The position numbers and the translations under genes are program-made. A stretch of 64,000 bases of DNA, taken from Neoechinorhynchus agilis (Eukaryota; Animalia; Acanthocephala). Position 1 is the stretch's first letter. Every line of letters begins with the position of its first letter. Shown here in pieces: positions 1 to 13,987 of this stretch. Below the pieces are notes generated by a model. It was not told the origin of the DNA, made no database searches, and saw only the letters and a list, made by a program, of their open reading frames with translations. The stretch spans positions 744,001-808,000 of the forward strand of contig CM121341.1 of the NCBI GenBank assembly GCA_051530055.1, written 5' to 3'.

Positions 1-3000
1 AACCTCACTGCGACTTAACCGAATTTCAGTGTGGAATTATTTTCAGCACTACAGTGTACAGATTAGAAGTTTGTCGGAAAATGCGATAATATACGAAACT
101 GAATAAGCGATCCCGCCAATGATTTACTGTTCCTTGCTGTGATTTTGTCACATCAAAATAATTTTTAGACAACCCTTTCAATAAGGAAAACGTTGGGCAA
201 CCAATTTAAACAATCAATGGAACATCTTATGGAGACAATGGGTATGCGGCACCCATATTTCATTAGATGTATCAAACCAAACGAAAACAAATCTGATAAT
301 GTGCGCTGATGTTTATGGCTCATCGTTTTATCAATAAAATCAAATTTGTAGGAATTCAATCGTTCTTTAATTACCAAGCAGCTGAGATACTCCGGGATGT
401 TAGAAACGATAACAATCAGACGGGCAGGATATCCGATCAGACATTTGTTCCGGGATTTTGTTCCGCGGTACTACTTAGTTTTGAAATTGGCAGTTCCGTA
501 TGCTCAAGGAATGAACGACGCTGAGTTGGCAAGGCAAATCTGCAATAAGTCCCTCAAACAGTCAGATTATCAAATTGGTAAAACAAAGGTTTTCTTAAAA
601 GTGTGTATTATCGTTAGAAAGTGAATGAAAAATTCTAAGAATAAATTAATCAGGACCAAGGTAACGCCGATGTTGAAAAGGCTAGACATGATGTCCTTTC
701 TGAAAGCATCATTGGAATTCAATCGATAATAAGAAATTGGGCAAATGCCAGGATTTTCGAGCGTATTAGGAAATCCACCGTTTGTGTACAGTCATATTAT
801 AGGAATTCGGAGCAGCAACGATCATATGCAAAGGTATAGACACCAATGTTGCTATTTGAATAATTTTGAACCACCTAGATGCGACGCGGCTTTATGCGAT
901 TGCAATCAATTTACCATTCAGAATTGATATCGAAAAGATACGATAGCTTAATGCAAAATCTTCCCCAATTACAGGTAATGCCTTCAAACCTTCAATTTTT
1001 CTACGCTTGATCGAAGCGTTTATAAGGCCCAGTATTGATTCCATAGTTTCTTACTTTTAGCAACAATGTCGCAATTATTTGCTCAGAAGCATCAACCAGA
1101 GAATGGCTTTGACTGTAATGGCCTTCCAGGAAGAAGTCCGCCGATACCTTGCGAGCCGCCAAATTCAAACTATTATAATGAAGGCAAGCAGCTATATTCT
1201 AGCCATCGGAATTTTATCCCATATCGTGAAATTATCCCTTGCGGTACATGCAAGCGAACGTGCCCATTTTTAACCAAGCAGAATAATTTTTACTAAAAGA
1301 ACGGACAGTTGCAGTTTTTTCACTCATTCATGGGTAAAAGGGGAAATCTAGATGGAAAAACTACATGCCATTTTACATTTCGCTATTTACGGGCTCAAAA
1401 TAAATATGATTATTTATTTCCAAAAAGAACGCACCAAGATTATCCTTACTGCGGAACCTTTCCCGTGTTCGTACATGCACTTCAATTATTTTCATTGCTT
1501 TGAATAGCACTTTATAAGGCCCGAAAATTAAAAATAATTCTAGGAGGAGGAAATACGGGATGCTGAAAAGAAGAGAAAAGATCAGGAACGAAAATTGACA
1601 AGGACAGTTGGACCAGTACGAGCGAAGGCTGAAGCCGACCGCAAGTTCGAGGTAAGACGATGTCTATAATTTCAAAAACGTTTGAGTGTATTTAGATCAC
1701 TATAAGTGAAATAACAAGAAATTATGAAATTCTCGAGGATTACGAGAAATCGCAGGCTGAGAATAAAATGAAGAAAATCGACGAACTGAACATGCGGCGT
1801 CATGAAGTTTTGAGTGAACAGCAACTCGTAGATAGAGCATTTAGAGGTGTATTCGACGATGAAGGACCCGATAAAACGGTATTACCTATCTAATCAAAGC
1901 CAATAATATCATTATTTAGGAAGAAGAGGTTGAATTAGATTTGGCTGAATTCAAGTTTCAAGTTTATGCAAAAAGGAATTTCGCTAACGGTGCAACGCCG
2001 TCGCACATTTCGACCGCCCTGAATTCCTCTTTGTTGAAACAACAGAATAAACTCTATGAAATGGTTAGCGTGTTCAAAGAGCAGTGAATTTTTATTGGCG
2101 TTTTCCATGTTTACAGGCTGCGGCTTCTTCATTTATAGTTTTACTGAAATATATGGGTGACATTAAACTAAAGAAACAAAAAAGTAAAATGAAGAATATG
2201 ACGGTTGCCGAATTTCTCCTTGCAAATGTTTCGTCGAGGCTTCTAATTGATGACCAAACTGAACTTGATCAACTAGCAGAAAGCTTTCGCGGTGTTGTAA
2301 GTATAAAGGAGCATTACAAAAAAACGTCTAAATTTTAATTTCTTAGGAAATCAATGAGAAGAATCTGATTAAGCATTCGTTTCTACCCAAAGTGGAACTT
2401 ACTCCCTTTGAAAGCATCCAATACATTGTCGGTCTTGGAGTGTTTATCCGAGATTTGAGGTAAAAACGGGTTTTTGTCGAATAGTTAATGAATTTTGATT
2501 AAAGAGATGAAATTTACTGTCAAATCATGAAACAGCTAACTGCGAACGATTCTGTGGAAAATTTCGCTAAAGGATGGATACTACTTCTTATCACCGCTGC
2601 ATTCTTTGCCCCCTCAGAGGAAGTAAGTATCATCGAATATAAATGGTTACGTGAGTTTTAAAATTGAACAATAATGATTTTTGTCTTTCTTTTCTTAGTT
2701 TTGTCACCCAATGGGAATTTAAGTTCACTAATTTATTTCCCCGATATTCAACCTCTCGGACTTTCCGGCATTTCCTCAAGGTTTGTCACTGTTAAAGTGT
2801 TAAATCCGCAACGTTCAAGTGCGGATTTAACACTTTAACAAAGACAAACCTTGAGGAAATTTCGGAATTATCCGAGAGGCGAAATTATCGGGGAAATAAA
2901 TTAATGAATTTAAATCTAAGAGGTGCAAAACTATGAAAAGCGAGAATAATGATTTCATAAAAATACAATCAATTGATATTCATTTAGCTTCTGAAATATC

Positions 3001-6000
3001 TTAAATCATTCTTAAAGAGTGGTCCAAAGGCGTACGGAAGGTTGGGATTGCATCGATTGGCTAGAGTAGTAAAGAACGGACAACGAAGTGGTGCTCCTAC
3101 CCATTTTGAATGCCAGGTTTGTCCGAAAATTAGAATATACGCATTTAAATCGGTTAGTGAGTAGGCGCTAAAAGCGAGAACCCCTATGGAAATCTCAGTT
3201 ACACTCATGGACGACAGTGTAACCAGCATTTATATTGATTCGACAACGACGGGAAAAGAAGCCGTTGGATCCGTAGCTGCGAAATTAAAAATTCGAGACA
3301 TTTACGGGTTTGGTGTACGAGCGACTGTATTTGGCACATCCCAAATAATTTACGATACCGATCACGTCTTGGACGCTGTGGAGGTGTGCGAAAATTATAC
3401 GCTCAAAGTGGGAATTCCACTGTCGAGTATGCCGATAAAATTTTTCCTGATGAAAGTATTTTTTGCGCCTTGGTCGATTCCTTACGACGACAGTACTGCA
3501 GTTCGATTGATATATCAACAGTTTCTTAGAGGCCTCCGATACGGGGAATATCCATGTGGTTCGGTTGGTGCCTTTATATAAAAGATTTTTGTTAATTTTA
3601 TTTGGAATAGGACGAAGAACATGCTTATTTTGCTGTACAAGCGTATTATGCAGACGTTGGTCCAAAGCTGACGGTAGGAGATTTTGACTCTTTCTTACCA
3701 AAAGTGACAGACGAATTGGACTTTCAATCAAAAAGAAGTCGACAGGAGTATTCTTCGATTTTTCAGAGGACATTTTCCGAGCTGGTTCCGGATCTTAAGG
3801 TAGGTGCTTTACGCTGCACTTTTCGAGTGCGTCTCAAACTTTAACTCGGGTGTTGTTGGCATAAAACCTTAAAAAATATTTAAATAGGCTGAATTTCACG
3901 ACAATGAAGAAGGCCGAGAAAGAGTACGAGCATTAATCGTGGATGAAATGAAGTATAGATGGCCGATAAAGTTTGCAAGGATAATAAGTGATGTCGATAT
4001 ATCCGGTCCTACAACATCATATGAAGGAACAGATCTTGTGATGACATGGAAAGCACTAAGTCTCAGTATAGATAATCGAATAGTTCACTCGTTTCTGTAC
4101 CCAGAAATTGTCGAAGTCAGCCCAGTGAGGTTGTGTTGTTTCCAGTGAAACCATTTTTAATTCCTTTTTGTAGGCCACATGATCATAAGCGATCAAAAGA
4201 ATCTTTTACCGTTGTAACGCCGCTTGCCAATTTTGTAATGAGCAGTGCACGAGCTAAAATGCTAAGAAACACAATTAGAGATTTCATGGAAAATCTTCGG
4301 CAACGGTCACGCTACGCTGTAGCCACCAAGGACTATAAACCAGAAGGTATTTCAGTTCTTAAGGAGAGTTAGAAGTTTTGTGTTCAAATGTTATAGATAG
4401 AAAACACGGTCTGATAATCCAGATAAATATGAGAACTTTAGTCTATAACTAATTTCGAACCCGAGAATAATTATTTTTTCGAAGTTTTATTTTTTTGGAT
4501 TTATGATTAAGGTGTCAACCTAGAAAGATATTTGATAAAATGCATACAATGCATTGCTTAAAAATCAGTGCTAAAATCACCTTTTTCGCCTCTGGTGCCT
4601 ATAATTCCCAGAAATACTTTAAATTTAAAAATTGGGTGCAACAACGCTCCAAAGAAGTTCAATTTTACGTAAGCTCCATAAGGTTTAACCAAAATAATAT
4701 GTAGAAATGAAGAACTTTGTGTTTTATTTCGCAATCTTTTTCCTGAGTAGGTCGCGGATCTGGTAACTTGGCACTTCGAAGAGGTGATCTTGTAAATCTA
4801 TACGTTGACGATGGCGGTAAGCGAATTCTGCGTGATGGCTTCATGGAAGGAGAAAACGATCGAAACGGTCACGAAGGTCAATTTCCAGCGGATTCTGTAT
4901 ACGTGATTCCAACCGGAGATAAACCGAACGCCGAAGTGATGCTAAGCATTGTTCAGTTACCCTTCAAGGAGATTTCCAAATACTTGTTGCGTGATGAAAC
5001 ATCGAAGGATGTGTTCCCTGAGTGGCGAAGTTTTGCGATGCGAAATATCGGTCCAAGTGCTGCAGCAAGCAAGGAATGGGATAGAAGCAGTGAAAGACTG
5101 ATAATGTACCAAAAGAGTCCTTTAAAAACTCCTTTGTTGACAGAAATAATGGCTGACAAAGAGGTTGGACCTCCTCTAAAAACACTCGGTGCAAGTGCCT
5201 TGAATTGTTTTATCGCTATTCTGGCATATGGACAACTTCCAAGAAAAGGATTTAAAAAAGGATATTGTCAAAGAATAATTGACGATGTATTCGCGCCTTG
5301 CTTAGCGGTCTCAGCAAATGTTAGTTAGTTATCGTCTTTAGACGGATGAACGAATAAAAATTTAGAAAGACGACTCCAATTTGTTGAGGGATGAAATCTA
5401 TTGCCAAATTTTGAAGCAATTGATGGGACCACCTGCAGATGTATTTGAACGGATGTGGGAATTAATGTGGCTCGCTACCGGTTTATTCGTTCCTAGAAGA
5501 GAACTTCTAGATGTTATTATCCATTATTTGCGAACTCGAGATAACAAAGTTGCCGATTCTTGTGTCAATCGACTTTTCATGATCAAAGAGTAAGTTTGTT
5601 TTTAGTTTACTTTATCATATTTCAGTGATTAGGAAGGGACAACGGAAACTCCCGCCAACACTACTTGAAATTGATACCGCACAGAAACGAGCGTATCGAT
5701 TGTTCCATTTGGTTGCACTGCCTGATAACAGTCAAGAACGAATTGAGGTCGACTGCGTTTGTAAAATACAGGATCTTGAAAAACGTCTTGGATCGAGATT
5801 AGGAATCAAGATTCCGGACGAATTTAAAATGGTTCTAAAAACCAAAAGTGGAGGTTTGAATCTTTCGCTAAAAATAACTTAATAAGAATAACATTTCAAG
5901 TGCATTCAATTCCCGAAGGAACGTATTTTTTCGATTTCCTCAGAGAATTGGGAGATAAATTCATTACTTCTAAAGGGTTTAAAGGTACAACTTTCCTTCA

Positions 6001-7994
6001 ATATTTCATTTGTAAAGTCGTGTATATTCGTTTCTGTCAAAAGACGCTGTAGATCTTCGATTCGTATATGAATTAATTTATGTTCGATATTTGTGGATAA
6101 ATGTCGTACCAGGAGAAAATCCCCGCCTTGACATTGCCTTTCATTATCCCCAGGTTTGGTACATTTCTTGCAAATACAGATTTGACAGAGAGTTTAGGAA
6201 AGTCAAAAATACTTGCAAGGACATTATACAGTAACACCTGACGATGCAGTCGAAATCGCTGCTTTGATTTACAGGGCTAAGTTCGGCCAAGACACAACTC
6301 GATTTGCTTACTTAAGGTATTTATTAGTTTTTAATCTTTTTAAAATGAAAGATTAGCCGAGAGTTCCGAGAATATATACCAAAAGAGGTTGTCGTTCAAC
6401 TGGATTCTGAAGCGTGGGTAACTGTGAGTGTTAACTTTTCTCCAGTAAAAGCATTTATAATTAAATTTTGTTTTATCAATAGAGGATTGAGGATGCTTAC
6501 CTTGAAAAGGAAAACGTATCAGCTGACGGCGCAAAAGTTGACCTTGTACGGATGCTTAACAAATATCCACAATTTGGAACTAGCATTTATCCTGTTAAGG
6601 TATTTTCAATGTCTTATTCATAATAATTAAGCTTAGAAAAATAGCAAACGACTAATCGAAGATTCCCAGCAGACATAATCATTTCTGTTAGCAAACGAGG
6701 AGTTGGCATTGCCGATGCTGCTTCCAAGGTTTCGGTTTTGTATTTTTCCTTCGATATTATAACAAGCTCTAAACATTTTAGAAGGAATTGGCTCATGGTC
6801 GGTACAATAGACAAATGGAATTCCGAGTAACTAAAGGGCAATTCCACATTACTTTAGACCCAAGTACGAGGATCCTATGCGAAACATCGAATGTAAGATT
6901 TGCGTGAAGGTTCGGGTTCACCGCCGTCGATCGTTTAACCACCACTCGTTTTTCATGGTGCCAAATGGCAAGCCACCATAAAATTTTGAATTATTTAAAA
7001 CTAAATACTCGAATAGTAATAATTTAAATGATGATATTAAATTTACATAATGGTTGAAATGGCGAATTCTTGGTATGTTGAATTCTTGATGAGTGCCTAA
7101 ACACGTAAAATGGGTTTAAATCATCGTTTTCACTTTCACAGTAGGAACAAAATCTTTTTGAAAATGTCGGTATGTGAGGTACCGGGCACTGATGATGAAC
7201 CCGGCGATGTTCTAAACGTATTTAATCAAAAACATTTATCAGGTGAAGACCTAAATAATACTTCTTTATAAAAAGGCTTGATTTTTATACCGGTGCCATG
7301 ACTTTCTATTCAGTTGCTTTTAAGAACCAAACGAGTTGGTCGTTGAGATGGCGGTTCGCATGCAAATGCAAACCATATCGACTTATGGTTTCATAATTTT
7401 ATGAACATTTAAATACATTTCGCGGATCCGGTTTTTATAACTTAATCTCAACTACAGGAACAGCGAATAGCGGACCAAATTCTGGCTTACAGGAAACTCC
7501 TGGATAATGATGAAAATGAATCTGAGAATGAGCCTCCTTCCGCAATAGCACGAATCAATATGAGAGTTGACGACAACGACCAAACTCAGCTACCCCCAGA
7601 GTCGAGATATTCGACCCTCGATCCCGGAGTACAGCCACTGCGCGACTTTTCACCGAAGTCGGATGAATACAGTATACTCAGCAACCAATCCAACGACCCA
7701 TCTAAGGAGATGAGCGTTGCCAAATCAACAGAAGCGCCATCATTCAGAAGTGCACTTGGGCAGGAGCTTACAAGTGGATTCTCAATTTCATCAGGGCTGC
7801 CAAGGAATGAAGTTACTTCAGACCAGATAACCAGGCCAAACCGAATCAGCGATGATAGAAATACAAGTGATCGACCAAATCAAGGCTTATCTGAACTTGA
7901 GCGCTACCGTCAACTGGTTAATGCTTCAAGGCAACCAACACGACCACCACAACCACCACCTCCACCGAGTGATTCCAGAACAGAAGATTTTTAG
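1..7994 (+). CDS. MYO7A: Unconventional myosin VII, multi-exon, 5' part outside window (end of motor, IQ motifs, MyTH4-FERM-SH3-MyTH4-FERM tail)
   Basis: Spliced translation gives [11 protein letters not shown] and IGKTKVFLK (motor), IQSII/VQSYY (IQ), [12 protein letters not shown] and [12 protein letters not shown] (two MyTH4), [10 protein letters not shown]...YGFGV (FERM1), and RYAVATKDY...[11 protein letters not shown]...[13 protein letters not shown] (SH3, closely like MYO7A). FERM2 ends RILCETSN|[11 protein letters not shown]. Many ~40-55 nt GT-AG introns. Last exon 7458-7994. Confidence 0.92.
2718..2914. mobile_element. Imperfect ~195-bp palindrome (MITE/foldback-like) in a myosin VII intron
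   Basis: Arms such as ttcctcaaggtttgtc...gttaaagtgttaaatccgca pair with tgcggatttaacactttaac...gacaaaccttgaggaa around a 9-nt loop. It lies between MyTH4 exons (intron ~2624-2987). Confidence 0.7.
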
Positions 7995-8049
7995 CATGTA
8001 ACCTCGCATGCACACTTGGCCCATAGTGATGTGAGGTGGAAATAAATTT

Positions 8050-8720
8050 ATATTAAGGCATTAAAGTACACCAAAGGCATATAAGTCCTATTGAAAATCA
8101 GTTTTCGGAAGTTTCAAAACTTTTGTTCATAGCATTACCTCTCTTTCTGGAGCATTCCTGCAACTCTCATTCAGCATACTTGGCATTCCGCTTTCGTAAA
8201 CAACATAGACACTCATTTAGTGTTCATCAGGTTAAAAATGGCACAGGAATGAGTTTCCTGATTAATAATAAACAATTCGGAACTACCGGATGCTTATATG
8301 CCTTTTGAGAATCAGAAAAGATATCAGCACTAAGGGCAAGAAATTCATCAGGACATATAACGGTATGTAGTGCCAGGCATCCTGTGCTAAGCCCCATTCG
8401 TCTTCTGGGATTCAGTCCAGTTCTTATGTAGGTCATACATACTTGGAAAATGATTGATGTTATAAGAAAACATTTAGTGCCCTTTTGTCTCTTTCCCTTT
8501 AGCAAATCTAATTTTGTCTTTTATTCGGCACTGTGCGCCATAATACCTGGGAATTTTTGCTTTCTATGCATGTCTGAACCAAAAAAATTAAATCAACATT
8601 TATTTAGAATCAAAAAATGAACAAATAACCACAGGAACGACATCACGGTGCGTATAAACTGTCCCTGATTCATGCTAATATTAAGAACACCCTGTAAGAA
8701 AAAAGCCCAAGATCTCCCCT
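8050..8720 (-). pseudogene. Possible heavily decayed protein-kinase-like relic
   Basis: Stop-ridden minus-strand frames give Y*HESGTVYTHRDVVP (HRD-like, ~8640-8680), MLI*F, and RNAPE...DLYAFGVL (~8060-8140). Motif spacing is atypical. Confidence 0.25.
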
Positions 8721-9623
8721 TGTTTACTTTATTCACTCATGTCAATACTTCACCGAGTCTTAATCTAATGAAATCAACCCAAAAAAGCTTAGGTGCAAAA
8801 GTTTAACAGTCCACGCATGGAACTGGTTATGGGCAAAATCGCCATTTTGTAAAGGCTTTATGCTATTTTATTAGAATTAATATACCCAGAACCGATCACC
8901 ATAATGGTTTTTGTCACTAACAGAGAAGGCATCTTTCATAAAATATTGAAGCACTTTCAGCATCATTATCCCTAAGCAGCAAAAAAACTGAGAGCAACAC
9001 TTTTGCCACTTTGATATTCCTTACAGATTTTCAACATCGTCTAAGCGAATTCCATAATCTTCAATGCTTAAATGGAATTATGGCTTGAAACACTATTTTT
9101 CAAAGAGAAGAAATCAGGTAAATAATCAGCACTTAAATGGAACATTCGTCCATGTATATCACCTTTCTATGAGATTTTTTCTTAACCCACTGCCATGCAA
9201 CAATCAGCCACATTCATTATCTTTTGTCTGGCACATACAGTTTACCTAATCGTCGATCTAAATCCACATGGATATTGTCTACTTCCATTTGCAGCTAACG
9301 TATTCATCATATCGTTAAACGGTGGCTTTTTGTTCAGCTTTCTGAAGAGGCATTGGGCAGGATTTAGGTCCCCGTTTATTTAATGTTTTAAATTTTCGAA
9401 AAAGGTATATAAAGATTGTCGATATGTGAGGGGGTACCGGGGTAATTGATTAAATTTGCTATTTAGTTAAAGACGTTCTGCGAACCTTGTCGGGTTCATC
9501 ATCATTTCAAAAAAAAGCTGTTAAATGGTTATTCTGTTCTCACACGCTTTTGTGGTTAATCTTATTTGTTACATTTTGTTAGCTATGAAGGCAGAGTTTG
9601 TATCCTCGTTGGTCATTCTCTTT

Positions 9624-11160
9624 AAAGGTAAAACCTTACGCTTCAGACATCGTTCTGATCCTGGAATTTAGCATTTTAAATCAATTATTCTCGGTTTAGG
9701 GGAAGCATTTTATTCTTCTAACCGGATATCTCTCAATAACATTTTCTAGATAACAATTTTGAATAGTTCAGGCGATGATTCCTATTATCAATTGTCGTCC
9801 CAAGAGTAATCGCGCATTCTTTATTTATAAAAAGATCTAGAGCTACTAATCATCAATATGATTGCATGGTACTAACTTGGCAAACATTATCGTATTGATC
9901 TGTGCGTTGGAAAGAGGGCTTCCACCGGGTGAAGATTTGGGTAAAGATTTAAATAACATTTCTCCGAATACGATATAGCGCGTATGTTTAATTTCGATAG
10001 CCGGATGGGGTTATTTACGCTGGATGGCCGAATTCTTTTTAAAGGTAAAACCTTACGCTTCTGACATCGTTCTGATCCTGGAATTTAGCATTTTAAATCA
10101 ATTATTCTCGGTTTAGGGGAAGCATTTTATTCTTCTAACCGGATATCTCTCAATAACATTTTCTAGATAACAATTTTGAATAGTTCAGGCGATGATTCCT
10201 ATTATCAATTGTCGTCCCAAGAGTAATCGCGCATTCTTTATTTATAAAAAGATCTAGAGCTACTAATCATCAATATGATTGCATGGTACTAACTTGGCAA
10301 ACATTATCGTATTGATCTGTGCGTTGGAAAGAGGGCTTCCACCGGGTGAAGATTTGGGTAAAGATTTAAATAACATTTCTCCGAATACGATATAGCGCGT
10401 ATGTTTAATTTCGATAGCCGGATGGGGTTATTTACGCTGGATGGCTGAATTCTTTTTAAAGGTAAAACCTTACGCTTCTGACATCGTTCTGATCCTGGAA
10501 TTTAGCATTTTAAATCAATTATTCTCGGTTTAGGGGAAGCATTTTATTCTTCTAACCGGATATCTCTCAATAACATTTTCTAGATAACAATTTTGAATAG
10601 TTCAGGCGATGATTCCTATTATCAATTGTCGTCCCAAGAGTAATCGCGCATTCTTTATTTATAAAAAGATCTAGAGCTACTAATCATCAATATGATTGCA
10701 TGGTACTAACTTGGCAAACATTATCGTATTGATCTGTGCGTTGGAAAGAGGGCTTCCACCGGGTGAAGATTTGGGTAAAGATTTAAATAACATTTCTCCG
10801 AATACGATATAGCGCGTATGTTTAATTTCGATAGCCGGATGGGGTTATTTACGCTGGATGGCCGAATTCTTTTTAAAGGTAAAACCTTACGCTTCTGACA
10901 TCGTTCTGATCCTGGAATTTAGCATTTTAAATCAATTATTCTCGGTTTAGGGGAAGCATTTTATTCTTCTAACCGGATATCTCTCAATAACATCTTCTAG
11001 ATAACAATTTTGAATAGTTCAGGCGATGATTCCTATTATCAATTGTCGTCCCAAGAGTAATCGCGCATTCTTTATTTATAAAAAGATCTAGAGCTACTAA
11101 TCATCAATATGATTGCATGGTACTAACTTGGCAAACATTATCGTATTGATCTGTGCGTTG
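9624..11160. repeat. Tandem array, 417-bp unit, 3 full copies plus ~285 bp
   Basis: aaaggtaaaacc starts at 9624, 10041, 10458 and 10875. Only a few substitutions between copies (cttcagac/cttctgac, ggccgaat/ggctgaat, catttt/catctt). Confidence 0.97.
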
Positions 11161-13987
11161 GAGCTCTTTTTTCACTACAACTGTCAAGCACCGCATCTAT
11201 GAGGGTAGAAAACAAACTTATCACGCTAATCTGGTCTTAATTCATGTGGGCTCGGAGAAATTAATGACTTTCATTGCTAAAACGGCTCAGTTTTGCATTT
11301 GAAAACATATTTGCACGTGCCATTGAATCCACAATATAAATAGATGGAGGCGAAGTTCTTGGCATTGTGTCTGACTTCGGTTTCAATGGAACTGCTCGAA
11401 GAATCCCTGGTGGTTAGTATCCTGTGGAGCGTTGAGCAAATGCAATTTAATCAAGCATTTGCTTTATCCATAATCCTTAGCATTTTTTATCCTCAAACCT
11501 ACATGTATTTTAAATCAAAAGTGCATTGGAATAAATTTTACGTTCAATTCTTTGCAGATTTAAACTCTTGACATTTTAATCATATAATGAGTATCAAACA
11601 TTTATTTCCCATCATTTTGTACTGTTTACTTTTTGCCGTTTGCAAAAATGAACACGTTTTATCGTTTTAAATAGAAATTTTTATTTGCAAAATAGCTCGT
11701 TTTTCTCCGTTTAATTTTGTGAATGATTGATGCAAATCCTCTATTTACCGGAAATTTATATATTTATCATCGAAATCGCTACCAAATGTAGTGGAGGAAA
11801 ATAACTTAATTTCGAGATGACTAATTTGAAACATTTAAGCTTATGAAGTTTTTTGGATGCATATGTCGCGGTTTCCGCAAGCCATTTATTCGTATTTATA
11901 CTTATTGACGAATATCGACAATTTGCGACGTTCCTTCATTTTTACCACACATTAAGCGCCAAAAATCCGCTATATTATTCTGCCGTTATTCCATTATCTC
12001 CTTGATAGGTTTCGTTTAGGCAATTAGTGTTCCATATTCCTAGAATAAATCGCCTATGGGGTTGTGGTGCTCTTGCCAGCACCAATCCATTACTTGATAG
12101 CATTTTAAATTAACTAACAAAGACGAAGTCTGTGGATTCACTTATTTATAAGCTAAAACACCTAGTGGTTCCTTTCTTGTACTTTGAGGGTACGAGACTC
12201 CACATGCATAGCTTAGTCTAATTTGTGGAAGAATATCTCCACGATCTTGTATTGCCTTTATCATTTTCCTTCGAGATCAAGTCGACCTTCACCGGTTCTT
12301 GCAACCAGACAATACAGCAGGACTTTTCACCAGAGCTGCTGTATAATTGCAGACATGGCATCGGCACAAAAATTCCTATATAAATGGTGTTCCTTGGATT
12401 GACGCAGGATCCCACTCAAAACTAAAGTATTTCAATTCTTCACTCAAAGATCGCTAAATTAATATATGTAAAGAAATTTGATTAACCGCTAAGAGCACAA
12501 TCCATGCGAGAGGTACAATTGCAAATTAAAGTCTAGAGCAAAATTGTCGCTTGTTAAGTACCACAATGTTTCAAGGGGTAATTGTATTTTTAAATTTCCA
12601 TAAATCTAAATTTTTCTGCATTGGCAAGCTGAAACTTAAATGTATTAGGAACTCTCGTCATTATGACACAATGGCACTATCAGTTTTCGAGCTAGACGGT
12701 GAATATTTCCTTTTGTTACTCACGATGCTTTCATCTTCTTCGAAGTTTTCGCGTTTTTATCGATTCCGCCTACGGCTTTTCGTGAAGAGAGGACAAGGAA
12801 ATTAAGCGTTGGTTGAGTGTAGGGGATCAGACAGGTGGCTGAGTGTGAAAGATGCATTTTGCCACCGGCACATTAATTCACTCGTGGGACTGCTTTTTGT
12901 AAATAGGCGAAACGTCTCTTGGGATAGAAAGGCTTAAACAGAATTTTCAAAAGCAATATAACAACCGAGTGTCGCCAGCGATACTGAAAAGAAGGGCTCG
13001 AGTAGGTGGAAATCGCGATGGAAAAAACATATCGGGATAATGTTTATGGTATAAAACTAGGCATTGTGGCACAGTGCCCTTTATAGAAGACCAAAATGGT
13101 CTTATGAATTCCAATTAAAGTCATTTTTTAGGTTTTTACTAAAAAATTACGGTAAATTATGGCTCGAATACATTTGTTAGCTTTCCGCGTTTAATCTACT
13201 TACACTTAGTATCTAAATTAACTTTTCAACCAATAGTATTTCAAGCACCCCAATTTCTTTACCAGCTTTTTATTGCGTTCAATTTCGCATAGCATTTGAT
13301 TTTGTCCAATAATACTTGCATCAAATTTATCTGCATTTTTTGGAAGACGAAATGAATTTTTAGAGATTAGTATTTGTAGAAGGATGCCCGTTATTATTAA
13401 AATTTTCAATCTTTTTTGCATCAAAAATGGCATTTGTTGGCCTATTGAGAGTTTGAAATTTATCACACTGACATTAGCTCCTAAATGCTTAAGGGAAAAC
13501 CTTATAAAAATTCGTTTTAAAGCTATTTTCTAAAATACTAATGCATTCTTTGGTTAATTCAGAACAACAATATCCGACTAATGTTTCCGTTTGAACCAAT
13601 TACAAGCGGCCATTAACCCCTCATCGATGGTAATCTTCTTTTCTCCGTAGCCATGCGTGCTCTATCACGCAAAGACAGTCTGAAGATCAGTACCATTTAT
13701 GCGTGAGCAACCCATATTAATGTCAACGGGATCACACTTGTCATCACTGCAACGTCTCATTAGTTGTCGTGAGTCGAACTCGATTCCATCACGAGTGTCA
13801 GTGTAACGTCTTAAACACAAATTACCCATACTTTTCATCCTTCGCAAAGCTCCTTTTCCATTAGTTCTAAGAGTAGAGAAACACGCTCAAACGAGTTCAA
13901 TATAGCGATTTAAGAAAAAATCACAATTGACTTTGTCGTCCAAAAAATTCAATTAATAACGAACTAGTTGTTTAGGGATCGAATGAG

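Noticed and set aside
9624-11160. Partitivirus-like RdRp in the 417-bp unit (plus-frame LDGRILFKGK...SSGDDS)
   Set aside because: Only a short GDD string matches. Motifs A and B are not convincingly present and the frame has many stops, so chance is likely.
13590-13870. Possible small Cys-containing gene on the minus strand
   Set aside because: Two short open segments are separated by stops, and no consistent splice model was found.
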